From Planctomycetota bacterium (GTDB taxonomy: Bacteria; Planctomycetota; Planctomycetia; Pirellulales; UBA1268): DNA of 50,308 bases. The stretch is taken from assembly GCA_003670915.1 (NCBI GenBank), contig QWQH01000020.1:1-50308 (forward strand), given 5' to 3'. The notes below the pieces were generated by a model. That model was not told the DNA's origin. It did not search any database and saw nothing but the letters and a program-made list of their open reading frames with translations. Of the stretch, positions 1-9,849 are shown in pieces (position 1 is the first letter of the stretch; each line of letters starts with the position of its first letter). Made by a program: the position numbers and the translations under genes.

Positions 1-869
1 ATCACAGCGACCGCCTCATTTTTTCGAAGCAGGCCGTTGTCGACGAGGATGCAGGAGAGTTGATTGCCGATGGCCCGGCTCAAGAGCGCTGCGACAACGG
101 CTGAATCGACGCCACCGGAGAGCCCGCAGATCACCCGCTGGTTGCCCACCCGCTCCCGTACTTGCTGGATCACGCTGGTGGCAAAGTCTTCCAGCCGCCA
201 CGAGCCCGAACAGCCACAGGCAACCCGCACAAAATTAGATAGGATCGTTCCACCGGCCGGCGTGTGGGTTACCTCGGGATGAAACTGCAGGCCATACACG
301 GGGAGGGATTTGTGTCGCACCGCAGCCAGCGGACAGCTGGGAGTTTTGGCCAGCGCGATAAAGTCGTCTGACACCTGATCGACTTGGTCGCCATGGCTCA
401 TCCAGACGTCGGTGTGCTGTGGGATGCCTGTAAAAATCGTTTCCTCAGAGAGCACCTCGCAGCTGGCACGGCCGTATTCGCGCGCATGTGCCTGGCCGAC
501 CCGGCCTCCTAAAGCATCGCAGGCCAACTGCATGCCGTAGCAGATGCCGAGAACTGGGATTCCCAATTGAAAGATCGCTGGATCGCAGCGAGGGGCACCC
601 GCGTCATACACGCTGGATGGACCGCCCGAGAGAATGATTCCACGGGGAGCCATTTCGCGGACTCGCTGGGCAGGAATGTCATGACGCACGATTTCGCAGT
701 AGACATGCTGTTCCCGCACGCGTCGGGCGATCAGTTGCGCGTATTGCGATCCGAAGTCGAGCACGATCACCCGTTCGGCCTGCTGGGCGTTGCCCAGAGC
801 AGCGATCGCTGGGGAGAGGGGTTTGCCGCGAGAAGCGGTTTGGGTGGCTGATGGAGTGGCGGGGGGCAT
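1..869 (-). CDS. guaA: GMP synthase (glutamine-hydrolysing), N-terminal part; 3' end runs out of the window
   Basis: My translation of the minus strand from ATG at 869 gives the class-I GATase motif GICYGMQ and HPEV. It then gives the PP-loop motif [10 protein letters not shown] of the ATP-pyrophosphatase domain. Absent from the ORF track because there is no stop in the window. Confidence 0.9.
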   Translation of the reverse strand, partial: MPPATPSATQTASRGKPLSPAIAALGNAQQAERVIVLDFGSQYAQLIARRVREQHVYCEIVRHDIPAQRVREMAPRGIILSGGPSSVYDAGAPRCDPAIFQLGIPVLGICYGMQLACDALGGRVGQAHAREYGRASCEVLSEETIFTGIPQHTDVWMSHGDQVDQVSDDFIALAKTPSCPLAAVRHKSLPVYGLQFHPEVTHTPAGGTILSNFVRVACGCSGSWRLEDFATSVIQQVRERVGNQRVICGLSGGVDSAVVAALLSRAIGNQLSCILVDNGLLRKNEAVAV

Positions 870-1002
870 AGAAGACTTGAAGGTCATCGCAAGAGGCCAG
901 CGGAGGTACGTGAAAAGCCCCGCAGTATAGAAACCTTTGGGCCGAAGGTTCTATAGTGCCACAAGATTCCCACGGTTTTACGCCCCTCTTTCCCTGAGCA
1001 GG

Positions 1003-1794
1003 ATGCCCATGCTGACGCTTCTCACCAACGACGACGGCATCTATGCCCCAGGCTTAGCGGCGATGGAGCGAGGTCTGCATCGGATCAGTACGGTGAACGT
1101 CGTGGCTCCGGCCACTGAACAGAGCGGCGTTGGTCATGCCATCACGTTTCTCACACCGCTGACGGCTAAGGAGATTTTTGAGGGTGACCGTCGCCGTGGG
1201 TGGGCCGTGGACGGCAGTCCGGCCGATGCAGTCAAGCTGGGCATCTCGCAATTTTGTCCACAGCGACCCGATCTTGTGGTCAGCGGCATCAACGGCGGTC
1301 TCAACGCCGGCATCAACGTGCTCTACTCTGGAACTGTCGCTGCGGCGATCGAAGGGGCGTTTTTTGGCATCACAAGCATCGCCGTCTCGCTGGAGTACGA
1401 CGAGCACGCAGACTTTGATCGCGCCGCCTCGATCGCGCTGGATGTGATTACCGAAATCCTTTCCCGCAAGCCCCAGGCAGGCAGTCTCTACAACATCAAC
1501 ATCCCAACGCGAGCTCTCCACGGCCAGCCAGAACTGCAAGTGGTGCAGATGAGCACAGCCCGTTACGGGGAAGCGTTTGAGCGACGCATCGATCCCCGTG
1601 GGCGAACGTACTATTGGGCCACCAACGAACCGCCGCCCCCACCTTCACCCCACGATTGCGACGTGACGGCATTGGCTGCCGGCAACGTCACGCTCACCCA
1701 ACTGGACTACGATCTCACGCATCGGGGCTCGCTCCATACCCTCGCCGAGGGGCCATGGAAGATCAGCCCGCGCCTCCGGATTCAAAGCGAGTGA
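1003..1794 (+). CDS. surE: 5'/3'-nucleotidase SurE
   Basis: N-terminus MPMLTLLTNDDGIYAPGL, then SGINGGLNAG and YSGTVAAA, all SurE signatures. Start moved from track position 937 (TTG) to the ATG that gives the canonical N-terminus; 1009 is also possible. Confidence 0.9.
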   Translation: MPMLTLLTNDDGIYAPGLAAMERGLHRISTVNVVAPATEQSGVGHAITFLTPLTAKEIFEGDRRRGWAVDGSPADAVKLGISQFCPQRPDLVVSGINGGLNAGINVLYSGTVAAAIEGAFFGITSIAVSLEYDEHADFDRAASIALDVITEILSRKPQAGSLYNINIPTRALHGQPELQVVQMSTARYGEAFERRIDPRGRTYYWATNEPPPPPSPHDCDVTALAAGNVTLTQLDYDLTHRGSLHTLAEGPWKISPRLRIQSE

Positions 1795-1811
1795 TCGGCG
1801 TTGATCAAGAT

Positions 1812-1841
1812 GTCATGGCGTCATGGCGTCATGGCGTCATG
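1812..1841. repeat. 8-bp tandem repeat GTCATGGC x3.75
   Basis: Direct reading gives gtcatggc gtcatggc gtcatggc gtcatg. It lies between the convergent surE and kinase genes. The last partial unit contains the kinase stop codon (TGA, complement of 1837-1839). Confidence 0.95.
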
Positions 1842-3423
1842 TGCCAGAAAACTTTTGAATTACCACAATGGCTAGGCCGATGGCCACGAGTACGCCGACT
1901 CCCGCCAAGATCCAAAAGACAATTGGCAGGCCAGCAATCTGAATTTCATTCCAGGGTTTTTTTTGCGGTCCGCTACGGGTGACGGCAGCGGGCTTGGCGA
2001 CAACTGGCTTAACGGCAACGGGCTCGGCATGAGCGGGCTTTTTACCACCCGTCACGATTGTTTGACTGATAGCTTGGCTGGTCTTCCCGGAGAGCGTGAA
2101 GTCTAAACTGGGGTTGTTGTGCGTGGTGTCCACGATGCCTGAACCAGTGCCACTTCGAACACCACTGCTGAAGACACTGCTGGTGCTGGAGCCGCTCCCG
2201 GAGCCACTGCGGAGCACCGTCCCGGGACGAAGTCGCTTCGTGGCGGCACTAGGAGCTTTGGTGTCAGCCGGATTGCGTCGCAGCGATGTTCGTCGCGGCG
2301 ACACAAGCCGCTGATGTGTACCAGTCGTGATTCCCAGCCATGAGGCAAGCGCATCGGCCACTTCCTGCGCCGTCTGAGGCCGGGAGTCGGGATCTTTTGC
2401 CAGCATCCGAAAATAGAGTTCAATAATTTCCGCGGGCAGGTCGGGCCGCTTGTCCAGCGGATTTGGGGGCGGTTCTTGCATGTGCGCTCGGATGCGCTCA
2501 GCCAGCGAGCCCTTTGCAAATGGCGCAGTGCCGACGAGGAGGTAATACAGCGTGCATCCCAGCGAATAGATGTCGGATCGCCTGTCGGCCTTGTGGCTGT
2601 CTTTGGCCTGCTCCGGGGGGAGATAATCGGCTGTGCCAAGCACTTTCTCGTCGTGCTCTCGCGTGAGCGAGGCGGCTTCGTCCTCGTCTTCGGCACTCGC
2701 TAGAGCCAGCCCAAGATCCAAGATCTTCACGGTGCCACGTTTGTCCAGTATGAGGTTGGCCGGCTTGATATCACGGTGAATGAGCCCCTCTTCGTGTGCG
2801 GAGTGCAGGCCCAACGCCGCCTGACGGATGAAGTCAGCGGCCTCTCGCACATCCATGTCCAGCGGTCCCCCCTGCTGCTCCTTGACCTTCTTATATAAGT
2901 CAATTCCGTCAACGTACTCCATCACAATAAAATGGATATTGGCAGCCGAACCGATGTCGAAGGCGCGTGCAATGTTGGGATGGTTGAGTTTGGCGGAGGC
3001 CATCGCCTCGCGTTCGAATCGTTTCAGATACGACGTTTCCGTGACCCGCTTCACCGGCAAAACCTTGATCGCCACTTTTTGTTGAAGCACGGCATGCTCG
3101 CCCAGATAGACGCTGCCCATGCCACCGGCGGCAAGCAGTTTTAAGAGTTTATATTTCCCTTTGAGTTCTTCGGTGTCGGCATGCTTTTCTTCGAGAAAGC
3201 CAAGAAAAAATCCCTTGTGCCTTCCCTTTCGCAGTTGCTCCATCTGCCACTCCGTCACGAGTTGGGCATTCAGAAGGGCATCTACGCAGGCCTCGGGCAA
3301 GGGGCCTGCGATGCCCTCCCAAGGCTTCATTGCAGCCTCGAGTTGCTTTTCTTCAACGAGTTTGCTGGCGCGCACGATGCGCAAAAAATCTTCAATCGTC
3401 TTTGGGCTTTTATCGTCTGCCAT
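1837..3423 (-). CDS. Ser/Thr protein kinase, C-terminally tail-anchored
   Basis: Hanks-kinase motifs GGMGSVYLG, VAIKVL, HRDIKPANL, DLG (DFG variant) and GTADYLPPE. An S/G-rich linker follows, with a single TM helix in the last ~35 aa. Start set at MADDKSP (3423) so it does not overlap the divergent 3516 gene. Confidence 0.85.
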   Translation of the reverse strand: MADDKSPKTIEDFLRIVRASKLVEEKQLEAAMKPWEGIAGPLPEACVDALLNAQLVTEWQMEQLRKGRHKGFFLGFLEEKHADTEELKGKYKLLKLLAAGGMGSVYLGEHAVLQQKVAIKVLPVKRVTETSYLKRFEREAMASAKLNHPNIARAFDIGSAANIHFIVMEYVDGIDLYKKVKEQQGGPLDMDVREAADFIRQAALGLHSAHEEGLIHRDIKPANLILDKRGTVKILDLGLALASAEDEDEAASLTREHDEKVLGTADYLPPEQAKDSHKADRRSDIYSLGCTLYYLLVGTAPFAKGSLAERIRAHMQEPPPNPLDKRPDLPAEIIELYFRMLAKDPDSRPQTAQEVADALASWLGITTGTHQRLVSPRRTSLRRNPADTKAPSAATKRLRPGTVLRSGSGSGSSTSSVFSSGVRSGTGSGIVDTTHNNPSLDFTLSGKTSQAISQTIVTGGKKPAHAEPVAVKPVVAKPAAVTRSGPQKKPWNEIQIAGLPIVFWILAGVGVLVAIGLAIVVIQKFSGT

Positions 3424-3515
3424 CGGATACAACTCAGTTGGAAAGTTCGGCTCCCCGACCGGTCTGGTACCGGCCACCTCAGTAATAGTATGGCCTGCAT
3501 CTTGAAAAAGGGAAA

Positions 3516-3770
3516 ATGAAAGTTTTGTTGTATACCCGCCGGGGCTGCCATCTGTGCGAACGGGTTGAGGAAATGCTGGCATTTCACGCGCCAACGGCCG
3601 TCACGATGGATGTCGGCACATCCCCCGATCTGGAGCACCTTTTTGGCACGCGGGTGCCAGTGTTGGAGGTGAACGGCCGAATCGCAGCCGAGGGACAGAT
3701 TGACGAACAGGAATTGCTATGGCACTTGGGTCGACCAGGTACCGGCGCCCCGACGGAGACCAAGACCTAA
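3516..3770 (+). CDS. small glutaredoxin-like / thioredoxin-fold protein (CxxC)
   Basis: 84 aa. MKVLLYTRRGCHLCERV carries the N-terminal CxxC redox motif in a beta-alpha context, as in the glutaredoxin-2/DUF836-type family. Confidence 0.6.
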   Translation: MKVLLYTRRGCHLCERVEEMLAFHAPTAVTMDVGTSPDLEHLFGTRVPVLEVNGRIAAEGQIDEQELLWHLGRPGTGAPTETKT

Positions 3771-3807
3771 TGCAGCGAAGTGTGCGTCAGGCCTTTTTTG
3801 CAACCGA

Positions 3808-4428
3808 TCAGAGCCCCAGCTTGATTCCACGGCGATCCAACGCATCGGCCAGGCCAACAGCCGACACAAAGATCTCCGCATCCCATCCGGCTGCGCGGGC
3901 TGCGTCGACGTGGGCCGGAATGTCGTCACAAAAGAAAATCTGGTCGGGACGCACCCCGGCACGTTCGGCGGCCAGTTCATAGATTCCTGGCTCTGGTTTC
4001 TGCAGCGCAACCAGATGGCTGAGCACTATCTGGACGAAGTTGCCGGGCAGCACGGAATAGTGCTTGGCAAGCAAGTGTTCCCAGTGGATTGCGCAGGTAT
4101 TGGAGAGGATGCCCGTTGGACACCCGATTCGCTCCAGCCCGGCAATCACAGGCAGCATGCCGATGTTCAGCGAGAACATGTCGCTGGCGGCGTGAGCAAG
4201 GGCTTCGGGGTCGGTGGCGGTGTGCGTGCGGCTAGAAAACTGGCTGTGGAATTCCGGCCAATCAATGTGCCCCCTTTCCAGCGATTCCTGCAGCCCGCCG
4301 GCCGTAGCGACGGCGCGGACCGCGACGGAGTCGATGCCTGCCAGATCGGCCATCTGCTGCCACGCTTTGGCGTGATCGAACCAAACGATGACATTGCCAA
4401 GGTCGAGATAGATAAATTGAGGACGCAT
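3808..4428 (-). CDS. HAD-superfamily hydrolase (subfamily IA-like)
   Basis: N-terminal motif I variant YLDLGNV, SNT motif II region, and C-terminal FCDDIPAHVDAARAAGW (motif IV). Confidence 0.7.
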   Translation of the reverse strand: MRPQFIYLDLGNVIVWFDHAKAWQQMADLAGIDSVAVRAVATAGGLQESLERGHIDWPEFHSQFSSRTHTATDPEALAHAASDMFSLNIGMLPVIAGLERIGCPTGILSNTCAIHWEHLLAKHYSVLPGNFVQIVLSHLVALQKPEPGIYELAAERAGVRPDQIFFCDDIPAHVDAARAAGWDAEIFVSAVGLADALDRRGIKLGL

Positions 4429-4497
4429 AGAGAGGGGCGGCTTTCAATGGGATGACGGGGACACTATTCTCTCCACATCACCCTAGGAATTGAAGCC

Positions 4498-6183
4498 ATG
4501 CCCATTCTGAACCGTTACAGTTCCCGAATCACCCAGCCAAGAGCCCAAGGGGCCTCGCAGGCAATGCTCTTGGGCACGGGCCTCGAGCCGGCCGACCTCG
4601 ACAAGCCGCAGGTCGGCATTGCAAGCATGTGGTACGACGGCAACACCTGCAACATGCACCTCGACAAGCTTGCAGCCAAAGTCCGTGAGGGTGCGGTGGC
4701 TGCAGGCATGGTGGGGATGCGGTTCAATACGATCGGTGTTAGCGATGGCATCTCGATGGGCACCGATGGCATGAGCTACTCCCTGCCATCCAGAGACCTG
4801 ATCGCTGACTCGATCGAAACGGTCATGCACGCGCAGTGGTACGACGGCCTTGTGGCAATTCCAGGCTGTGACAAAAACATGCCCGGCTGCCTGATCGCCA
4901 TGGGCCGCCTGAATCGTCCGTCGATCATGGTCTACGGTGGCACGATCCGGGCTGGACACCTCGCAGATGGCACGTCGCTGGATATTGTTTCTGCATTTCA
5001 GTGCTACGGAGAATATGTCGCCGGCAGAATCGACGACGCCCGTCGCAGCGATATCGTGCGGCATTCCTGTCCGGGGGCGGGCGCGTGCGGTGGCATGTAT
5101 ACAGCCAACACGATGGCCACCGCGATCGAGGCTATGGGCATGACGTTACCCGATAGCGCCTCGATTCCGGCTGAACACCCGGCCAAGTTGGAGGAATGCA
5201 TGAGGGCCGCCGCCGCGGTGCGGAATCTGCTTCAGTTGGATCTCAAGCCTCGCGACATTATGACCAGACGCGCCTTTGAAAATGGAATGGTTGTCATCAT
5301 GGCGCTGGGCGGATCCACCAACGCGGTCTTGCATCTCATCGCGATGGCTCGGAGCGTGAATGTGCCGCTGAGCCCTGCCGATTTTCAGGCGGTGTCGCGG
5401 CGAGTGCCCTACCTTGCCGACCTAAAGCCCAGCGGCAAGTTTGTGCAGGAGGATCTGCACTCGATCGGCGGCACCAGTGGCCTCATGAAATATCTTCTCG
5501 ACAAGGGCCTGCTTGACGGCGACTGCATGACGGTCACCGGCAAATCACTGGCCGAAAATTTAGCAATGAGCAAGGGGCTTTCGCCGGGGCAGAAAATCAT
5601 TCAGCCCGTGGAAAGCCCGCTCAAGCCAACGGGGCACATTACAATCTTGCACGGGAATCTGGCCCCTGGAAGTGCCGTGGCCAAGATAACCGGCAAAGAG
5701 GGCTCGCGGTTTTGTGGGCCGGCCAGGGTGTTTGACAGCGAGGAGGCGATGCTTGCAGCCCTCGAACAGGGAGCTATCCACCGCGGCGACGTGGTCGTTA
5801 TCCGATACGAGGGCCCCAAGGGCGGGCCAGGCATGCCGGAGATGCTGACGCCCACATCGGCGCTTGTGGGTGCTGGTTTGGGCGCGGATGTGGCCTTGAT
5901 CACCGACGGCAGATTTTCTGGCGGTTCGCATGGATTCATTGTGGGCCATGTGGTTCCGGAGGCGCAGGAAGGCGGCCCTATTGCGCTGGTGATGGATGGC
6001 GACCGGATTGTGATTGATGCCGACACCGCAACGATCGACGCCGAGGTGTCTGACGAAGAATTCGTCCGTCGCCGCGAGGAGTGGAATGCTCCGCCTCTAA
6101 AGGCCACGCGTGGCGTACTGGCCAAGTACATCCGCTTTGTGGCCCCGGCCTCAGCCGGCTGTGTTACGGACGAAGGCGAGTAG
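4498..6183 (+). CDS. ilvD: dihydroxy-acid dehydratase
   Basis: Full-length (561 aa) IlvD/Edd-family match, including [30 protein letters not shown] and the C-terminal AGCVTDEG. Confidence 0.95.
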   Translation: MPILNRYSSRITQPRAQGASQAMLLGTGLEPADLDKPQVGIASMWYDGNTCNMHLDKLAAKVREGAVAAGMVGMRFNTIGVSDGISMGTDGMSYSLPSRDLIADSIETVMHAQWYDGLVAIPGCDKNMPGCLIAMGRLNRPSIMVYGGTIRAGHLADGTSLDIVSAFQCYGEYVAGRIDDARRSDIVRHSCPGAGACGGMYTANTMATAIEAMGMTLPDSASIPAEHPAKLEECMRAAAAVRNLLQLDLKPRDIMTRRAFENGMVVIMALGGSTNAVLHLIAMARSVNVPLSPADFQAVSRRVPYLADLKPSGKFVQEDLHSIGGTSGLMKYLLDKGLLDGDCMTVTGKSLAENLAMSKGLSPGQKIIQPVESPLKPTGHITILHGNLAPGSAVAKITGKEGSRFCGPARVFDSEEAMLAALEQGAIHRGDVVVIRYEGPKGGPGMPEMLTPTSALVGAGLGADVALITDGRFSGGSHGFIVGHVVPEAQEGGPIALVMDGDRIVIDADTATIDAEVSDEEFVRRREEWNAPPLKATRGVLAKYIRFVAPASAGCVTDEGE

Positions 6184-6194
6184 CCACTGGATCG

Positions 6195-7205
6195 CTACCG
6201 AGGCATCGGCAACGATTCAATAGGCACAGGCGGCCCGGGCTGGATGACCGCGCCGGGAGGAAGTTGTTCTGGTGAAAGTGGAGCCCCGAAGACAGGTCCA
6301 CTTGAAACGGCACCGCCACCGGCAGATGCCGCACCAGTCATTGGGCCAGCAGGCATTGGTCCGGTGGCACCGTCGGGCGGCTGGTAGTAAGGCTCGGCTT
6401 GCGGGAGAGGCGCAATCCCGACTTGAGAGAGCAACTGCTGAAGCATTTTTTGTTCCAGAAGCGGATCGCGGCCCAGCGGGATCCAGCCAATATTTTGCAT
6501 CGGATTGGCAACTGGCCGCGGCTGATCGCCAACCTGTTGTCCCAACGTGGGCAGAGGTGTGCCGTATCGATAGAGTGAATCGTCGTTACGAAACGAGGCT
6601 CCGCCCGCCGTGGCTCGCATCGGCCGGACCATGTTTTCTAACTCCTTGAGCACCACTACCTCAATGCGCCAGCCGGCCGGGTCGGGTATCAGTCGCATCG
6701 TTCCGGTTCGTCGAATGGACTGCAGCGTGCTTTCCAGTCGCTCCTGAAAACCGACTGAATCACCCCGCCACGGTTCGAGGAGCGTGGCCCCGGTTTGCGG
6801 ATACGTGTCGATTCGACCTTCGGTAGGAATCCCGTTGGAAAATACAACCCGCTGCTCGCCCTGAACCTTAAAGTAGTCGTCCATAACATCAACCATTTGT
6901 TTCCACACAAGCTCCGAATCCAGCGGTGGAATGACGACAGAGTTCTTGGGTGCGCTCGGTGGGCTTGGCATGATCGGCCCACCCGGCCCGATGACCACAT
7001 CGTGGGGCAGAGGGGAAAATGGATCAAACTGCTGGGCGGACGGCGGTGGGGCTTGGGCATGGGTAGCCCGCCCCACAAACAGTGCGTCAAACAGCATCCA
7101 GACGAACCCTATCGCAAACGTAACGCAAGACGCGCGGAGCAGCGTTCCGAAAATGATGGAGATCACGCGGGGCATCTCGATCCCAGAAGAGTGCATGGAG
7201 TGCAT
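6195..7205 (-). CDS. hypothetical membrane-anchored protein with Pro-rich C-terminus
   Basis: N-terminal hydrophobic helix (ISIIFGTLLRASCVTFAIGFVWMLF) and a P/G-rich tail. I recognise no family. The start could be 7175 (MPRVIS). Confidence 0.55.
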   Translation of the reverse strand: MHSMHSSGIEMPRVISIIFGTLLRASCVTFAIGFVWMLFDALFVGRATHAQAPPPSAQQFDPFSPLPHDVVIGPGGPIMPSPPSAPKNSVVIPPLDSELVWKQMVDVMDDYFKVQGEQRVVFSNGIPTEGRIDTYPQTGATLLEPWRGDSVGFQERLESTLQSIRRTGTMRLIPDPAGWRIEVVVLKELENMVRPMRATAGGASFRNDDSLYRYGTPLPTLGQQVGDQPRPVANPMQNIGWIPLGRDPLLEQKMLQQLLSQVGIAPLPQAEPYYQPPDGATGPMPAGPMTGAASAGGGAVSSGPVFGAPLSPEQLPPGAVIQPGPPVPIESLPMPR

Positions 7206-7208
7206 GCC

Positions 7209-7469
7209 CTAGAAAAGTGTGGTGTGGTCAGCAATTGGTTGTGCTGGGATCGTCGTGGATCGTCTGGCCCGGCTCAAGGCCAGTTCGGGGCCTTTATTCC
7301 TGCGAAATATACGCTCACCCAAGGCGTTGGTGGCGCGTGCTCCCACAGCCCGCTCGAGGACACGGGCAGCCCCATAGGGAGTCATCAGAGGCAGATGCCA
7401 CTTCACCATGGGGTGTGGGAGGTGGCCCCACAGCATATCCATGCCGCCTTCCGCCGGATCGGGCGACAT
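7209..7469 (-). CDS. small hypothetical protein (86 aa), a trimmed sub-range of a listed ORF (7209..7493)
   Basis: The ORF exactly fills the gap between two minus-strand genes. Its ATG is 14 nt after the upstream stop, and its TAG is 3 nt before the next ATG. Codon third positions are GC-rich like the neighbours. No recognisable family. Confidence 0.35.
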   Translation of the reverse strand: MSPDPAEGGMDMLWGHLPHPMVKWHLPLMTPYGAARVLERAVGARATNALGERIFRRNKGPELALSRARRSTTIPAQPIADHTTLF

Positions 7470-7482
7470 GGTCCATCGTCTG

Positions 7483-8163
7483 TTAGCACGCACCGAAACG
7501 GTTCGTCATTTCGTCGAAGCGTCGGGCGAAGCGAGTGTGCGAGGTGTGCAGGTGTTCGCCCTGTGAGATAAATCGCATCTGATCACAGCAGTCGATACCC
7601 TGATCCATCAGGATTTTTTCAAATGGGCCCCGTGATGGGGCATATACAACCAGCAGTTTGTGTTCGTCGAGTTGTACTTCCATGGAAAGCTCTGGATGCA
7701 TGATGGCGATGCCCGTGCAGCCATCATCTGTCAGCAGATCCTCGAAATCCCATAGGACGCTTTCGAGCACGAGTCGTTCAATTCCATCCCGCGTGAAACT
7801 GTTGGGATGCGTGTCATCACGCTCGTGCGATGTCTCGAGCACGATATCGCAGGACTCGCCGAGTGGCTCGAGCAGGCAGAGAAATGTTTCAAAAAGCTTC
7901 TCGCTTGAGACCGACGCAATCAATGCGGGTAGACGAGAGCCGGTGCGAGGGTCGACGTACGTGTCGAGGCGGTATCCAGCCTGTGGCACGACGTCGAGCT
8001 GCCAACTGGGGCGAATCGCTTCAGTCAGCGTAAACCGGCCGTAGCGGCGGCGGGCAAGGTGCGCCTCGAGGCTGGCGCGGTCTGGACGGGCGATGACACC
8101 CTCAGGGGCAGCCGAACGGCGAGGGCTCTGGAATACGTCGAGATAGTCGTCGAGGAATCGCAT
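7483..8163 (-). CDS. hypothetical cytosolic protein
   Basis: 226-aa ORF from MRFLDDYLDVF, acidic, with no TM helix. Start trimmed to avoid the guaB promoter region. Family not recognised. Confidence 0.55.
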   Translation of the reverse strand: MRFLDDYLDVFQSPRRSAAPEGVIARPDRASLEAHLARRRYGRFTLTEAIRPSWQLDVVPQAGYRLDTYVDPRTGSRLPALIASVSSEKLFETFLCLLEPLGESCDIVLETSHERDDTHPNSFTRDGIERLVLESVLWDFEDLLTDDGCTGIAIMHPELSMEVQLDEHKLLVVYAPSRGPFEKILMDQGIDCCDQMRFISQGEHLHTSHTRFARRFDEMTNRFGAC

Positions 8164-8373
8164 GTTGGATTTGGGTTGGAGGAGGAGAACCGGCGAGGCG
8201 ACACGGCCAGCAACGGACGTTGCTGGTTCCCTTAAACGTAGGACATGGTTTTGCGCCGTGCGCCGCACGGCCGGCAAGGTTTACGAAATATCCGCTCGCG
8301 AAGGGCGGTCGTTGCTCTTTGGGCTCCTTGGACCTCATACTCTGCCGTTTTCCTTCGGCTATGGGAGCGCGTC

Positions 8374-9849
8374 ATGGACGGGAAAATCGTCTCAACCGGG
8401 ATCACCTTTGATGATGTCCTGCTTGTCCCCCGGTATTCGAGCGTTGTGCCGGCGGAAGTGGATGTCAGCACCTCCCTGACCCGCGGCATTCGATTGAATA
8501 TTCCGCTGGTCAGTTCCCCGATGGATACGGTGACAGAAAGCGAGATGGCCATCGCCTTGGCGCAGGAAGGTGGGCTGGGGGTGATCCATAAAAACCTGTC
8601 CATCGAGCGGCAGGCCGAAGAGGTTGACAAGGTCAAGCGAAGTGCCAACGGCATCATCATGGATCCCGTGACCCTGCCACCCACGGCCACTGTGGCCCGG
8701 GCGAGGGATGTTATGGATCAGTACAACATTTCCGGAGTGCCGATCACGGGTGATGGCCGCCGGTTGGTGGGGATCATTACTCGCCGGGATCTGCGTTTTC
8801 TCGAGAGTGGTGAGACTCCGATCACCGACATCATGACTTCCGCCGGCCTGGTAACGGCAACGGGGAATGTGACGCTCGACGAGGCCGAGAAGATCCTGAT
8901 GGCCAACAAGGTGGAGAAACTCCTGTTGGTTGACGGAGCCGGCCTCCTGACCGGCCTCATCACGATCAAAGACATCGACATGATGAAGCGGTTTCCAGAC
9001 GCTTGCAAAGATAAACAGGGTAGGCTGCGGGTTGGTGCGGCGGTTGGGGTGTTCGACTACGAGCGAGCGGAAAACCTCATTGCAAAGGGAGTTGACGTCC
9101 TCGTCGTGGATTCGGCGCACGGCCATTCCTCGAACGTCATCGAAACAGTTTCGGCAATTAAGAAACGCTGGGGGATTGAGGTTATTGCGGGAAACGTGGC
9201 AACCCGGGAGGGCTGTCGAGATCTTATCAAGGCCGGAGTAGATGGAGTCAAAGTTGGGATAGGTCCCGGGTCGATCTGTACTACGCGGGTCATCTCTGGA
9301 GTTGGCGTTCCCCAGATCACGGCGGTTTGGGAGGCAGCGAAGGAGGCGGCCGGTGCCGGTGTGCCGGTGATTGCGGACGGAGGTATTCGCTACTCGGGAG
9401 ACATCACCAAAGCGATCGCGGCCGGAGCCCATGCCTGCATGGTAGGTGGACTTCTGGCCGGTGTTGCGGAAAGCCCAGGACAGACCGTGCTCTACCAAGG
9501 GCGCACGTTCAAGGCGTACCGTGGCATGGGATCGCTCGGAGCGATGGTTCAAGGATCCAGCGAACGCTATCGACAGCGAACAACGGGACGCGGCGGAGAC
9601 AAGTTGGTGCCGGAGGGAGTTGAAGGGCGAGTGCCTTTCAAAGGCCCTTTGAGTGTGTTTGTGTATCAGCTCGTTGGCGGTCTGCGGGCCGGCATGGGCT
9701 ATTGCGGCACGCGGACGATCGATGAGCTCAGGCGAGATGCCCAATTTATCCAAGTTTCTTCGGCAGCCGTGCGAGAAAGCCATCCCCATGACATCGTTAT
9801 CACGCAAGAAGCTCCAAACTACAGTGCGGAGCACAAGCAGGCCGACTGA
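8374..9849 (+). CDS. guaB: IMP dehydrogenase
   Basis: [23 protein letters not shown]-terminus, CBS pair, catalytic [11 protein letters not shown] loop, and the [12 protein letters not shown] and GSLGAM motifs. Confidence 0.95.
   Translation: MDGKIVSTGITFDDVLLVPRYSSVVPAEVDVSTSLTRGIRLNIPLVSSPMDTVTESEMAIALAQEGGLGVIHKNLSIERQAEEVDKVKRSANGIIMDPVTLPPTATVARARDVMDQYNISGVPITGDGRRLVGIITRRDLRFLESGETPITDIMTSAGLVTATGNVTLDEAEKILMANKVEKLLLVDGAGLLTGLITIKDIDMMKRFPDACKDKQGRLRVGAAVGVFDYERAENLIAKGVDVLVVDSAHGHSSNVIETVSAIKKRWGIEVIAGNVATREGCRDLIKAGVDGVKVGIGPGSICTTRVISGVGVPQITAVWEAAKEAAGAGVPVIADGGIRYSGDITKAIAAGAHACMVGGLLAGVAESPGQTVLYQGRTFKAYRGMGSLGAMVQGSSERYRQRTTGRGGDKLVPEGVEGRVPFKGPLSVFVYQLVGGLRAGMGYCGTRTIDELRRDAQFIQVSSAAVRESHPHDIVITQEAPNYSAEHKQAD

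Noticed and set aside
3700-4455. 251-aa plus-strand ORF
   Set aside because: Antisense to the HAD hydrolase, which has clear motifs. No motifs of its own.
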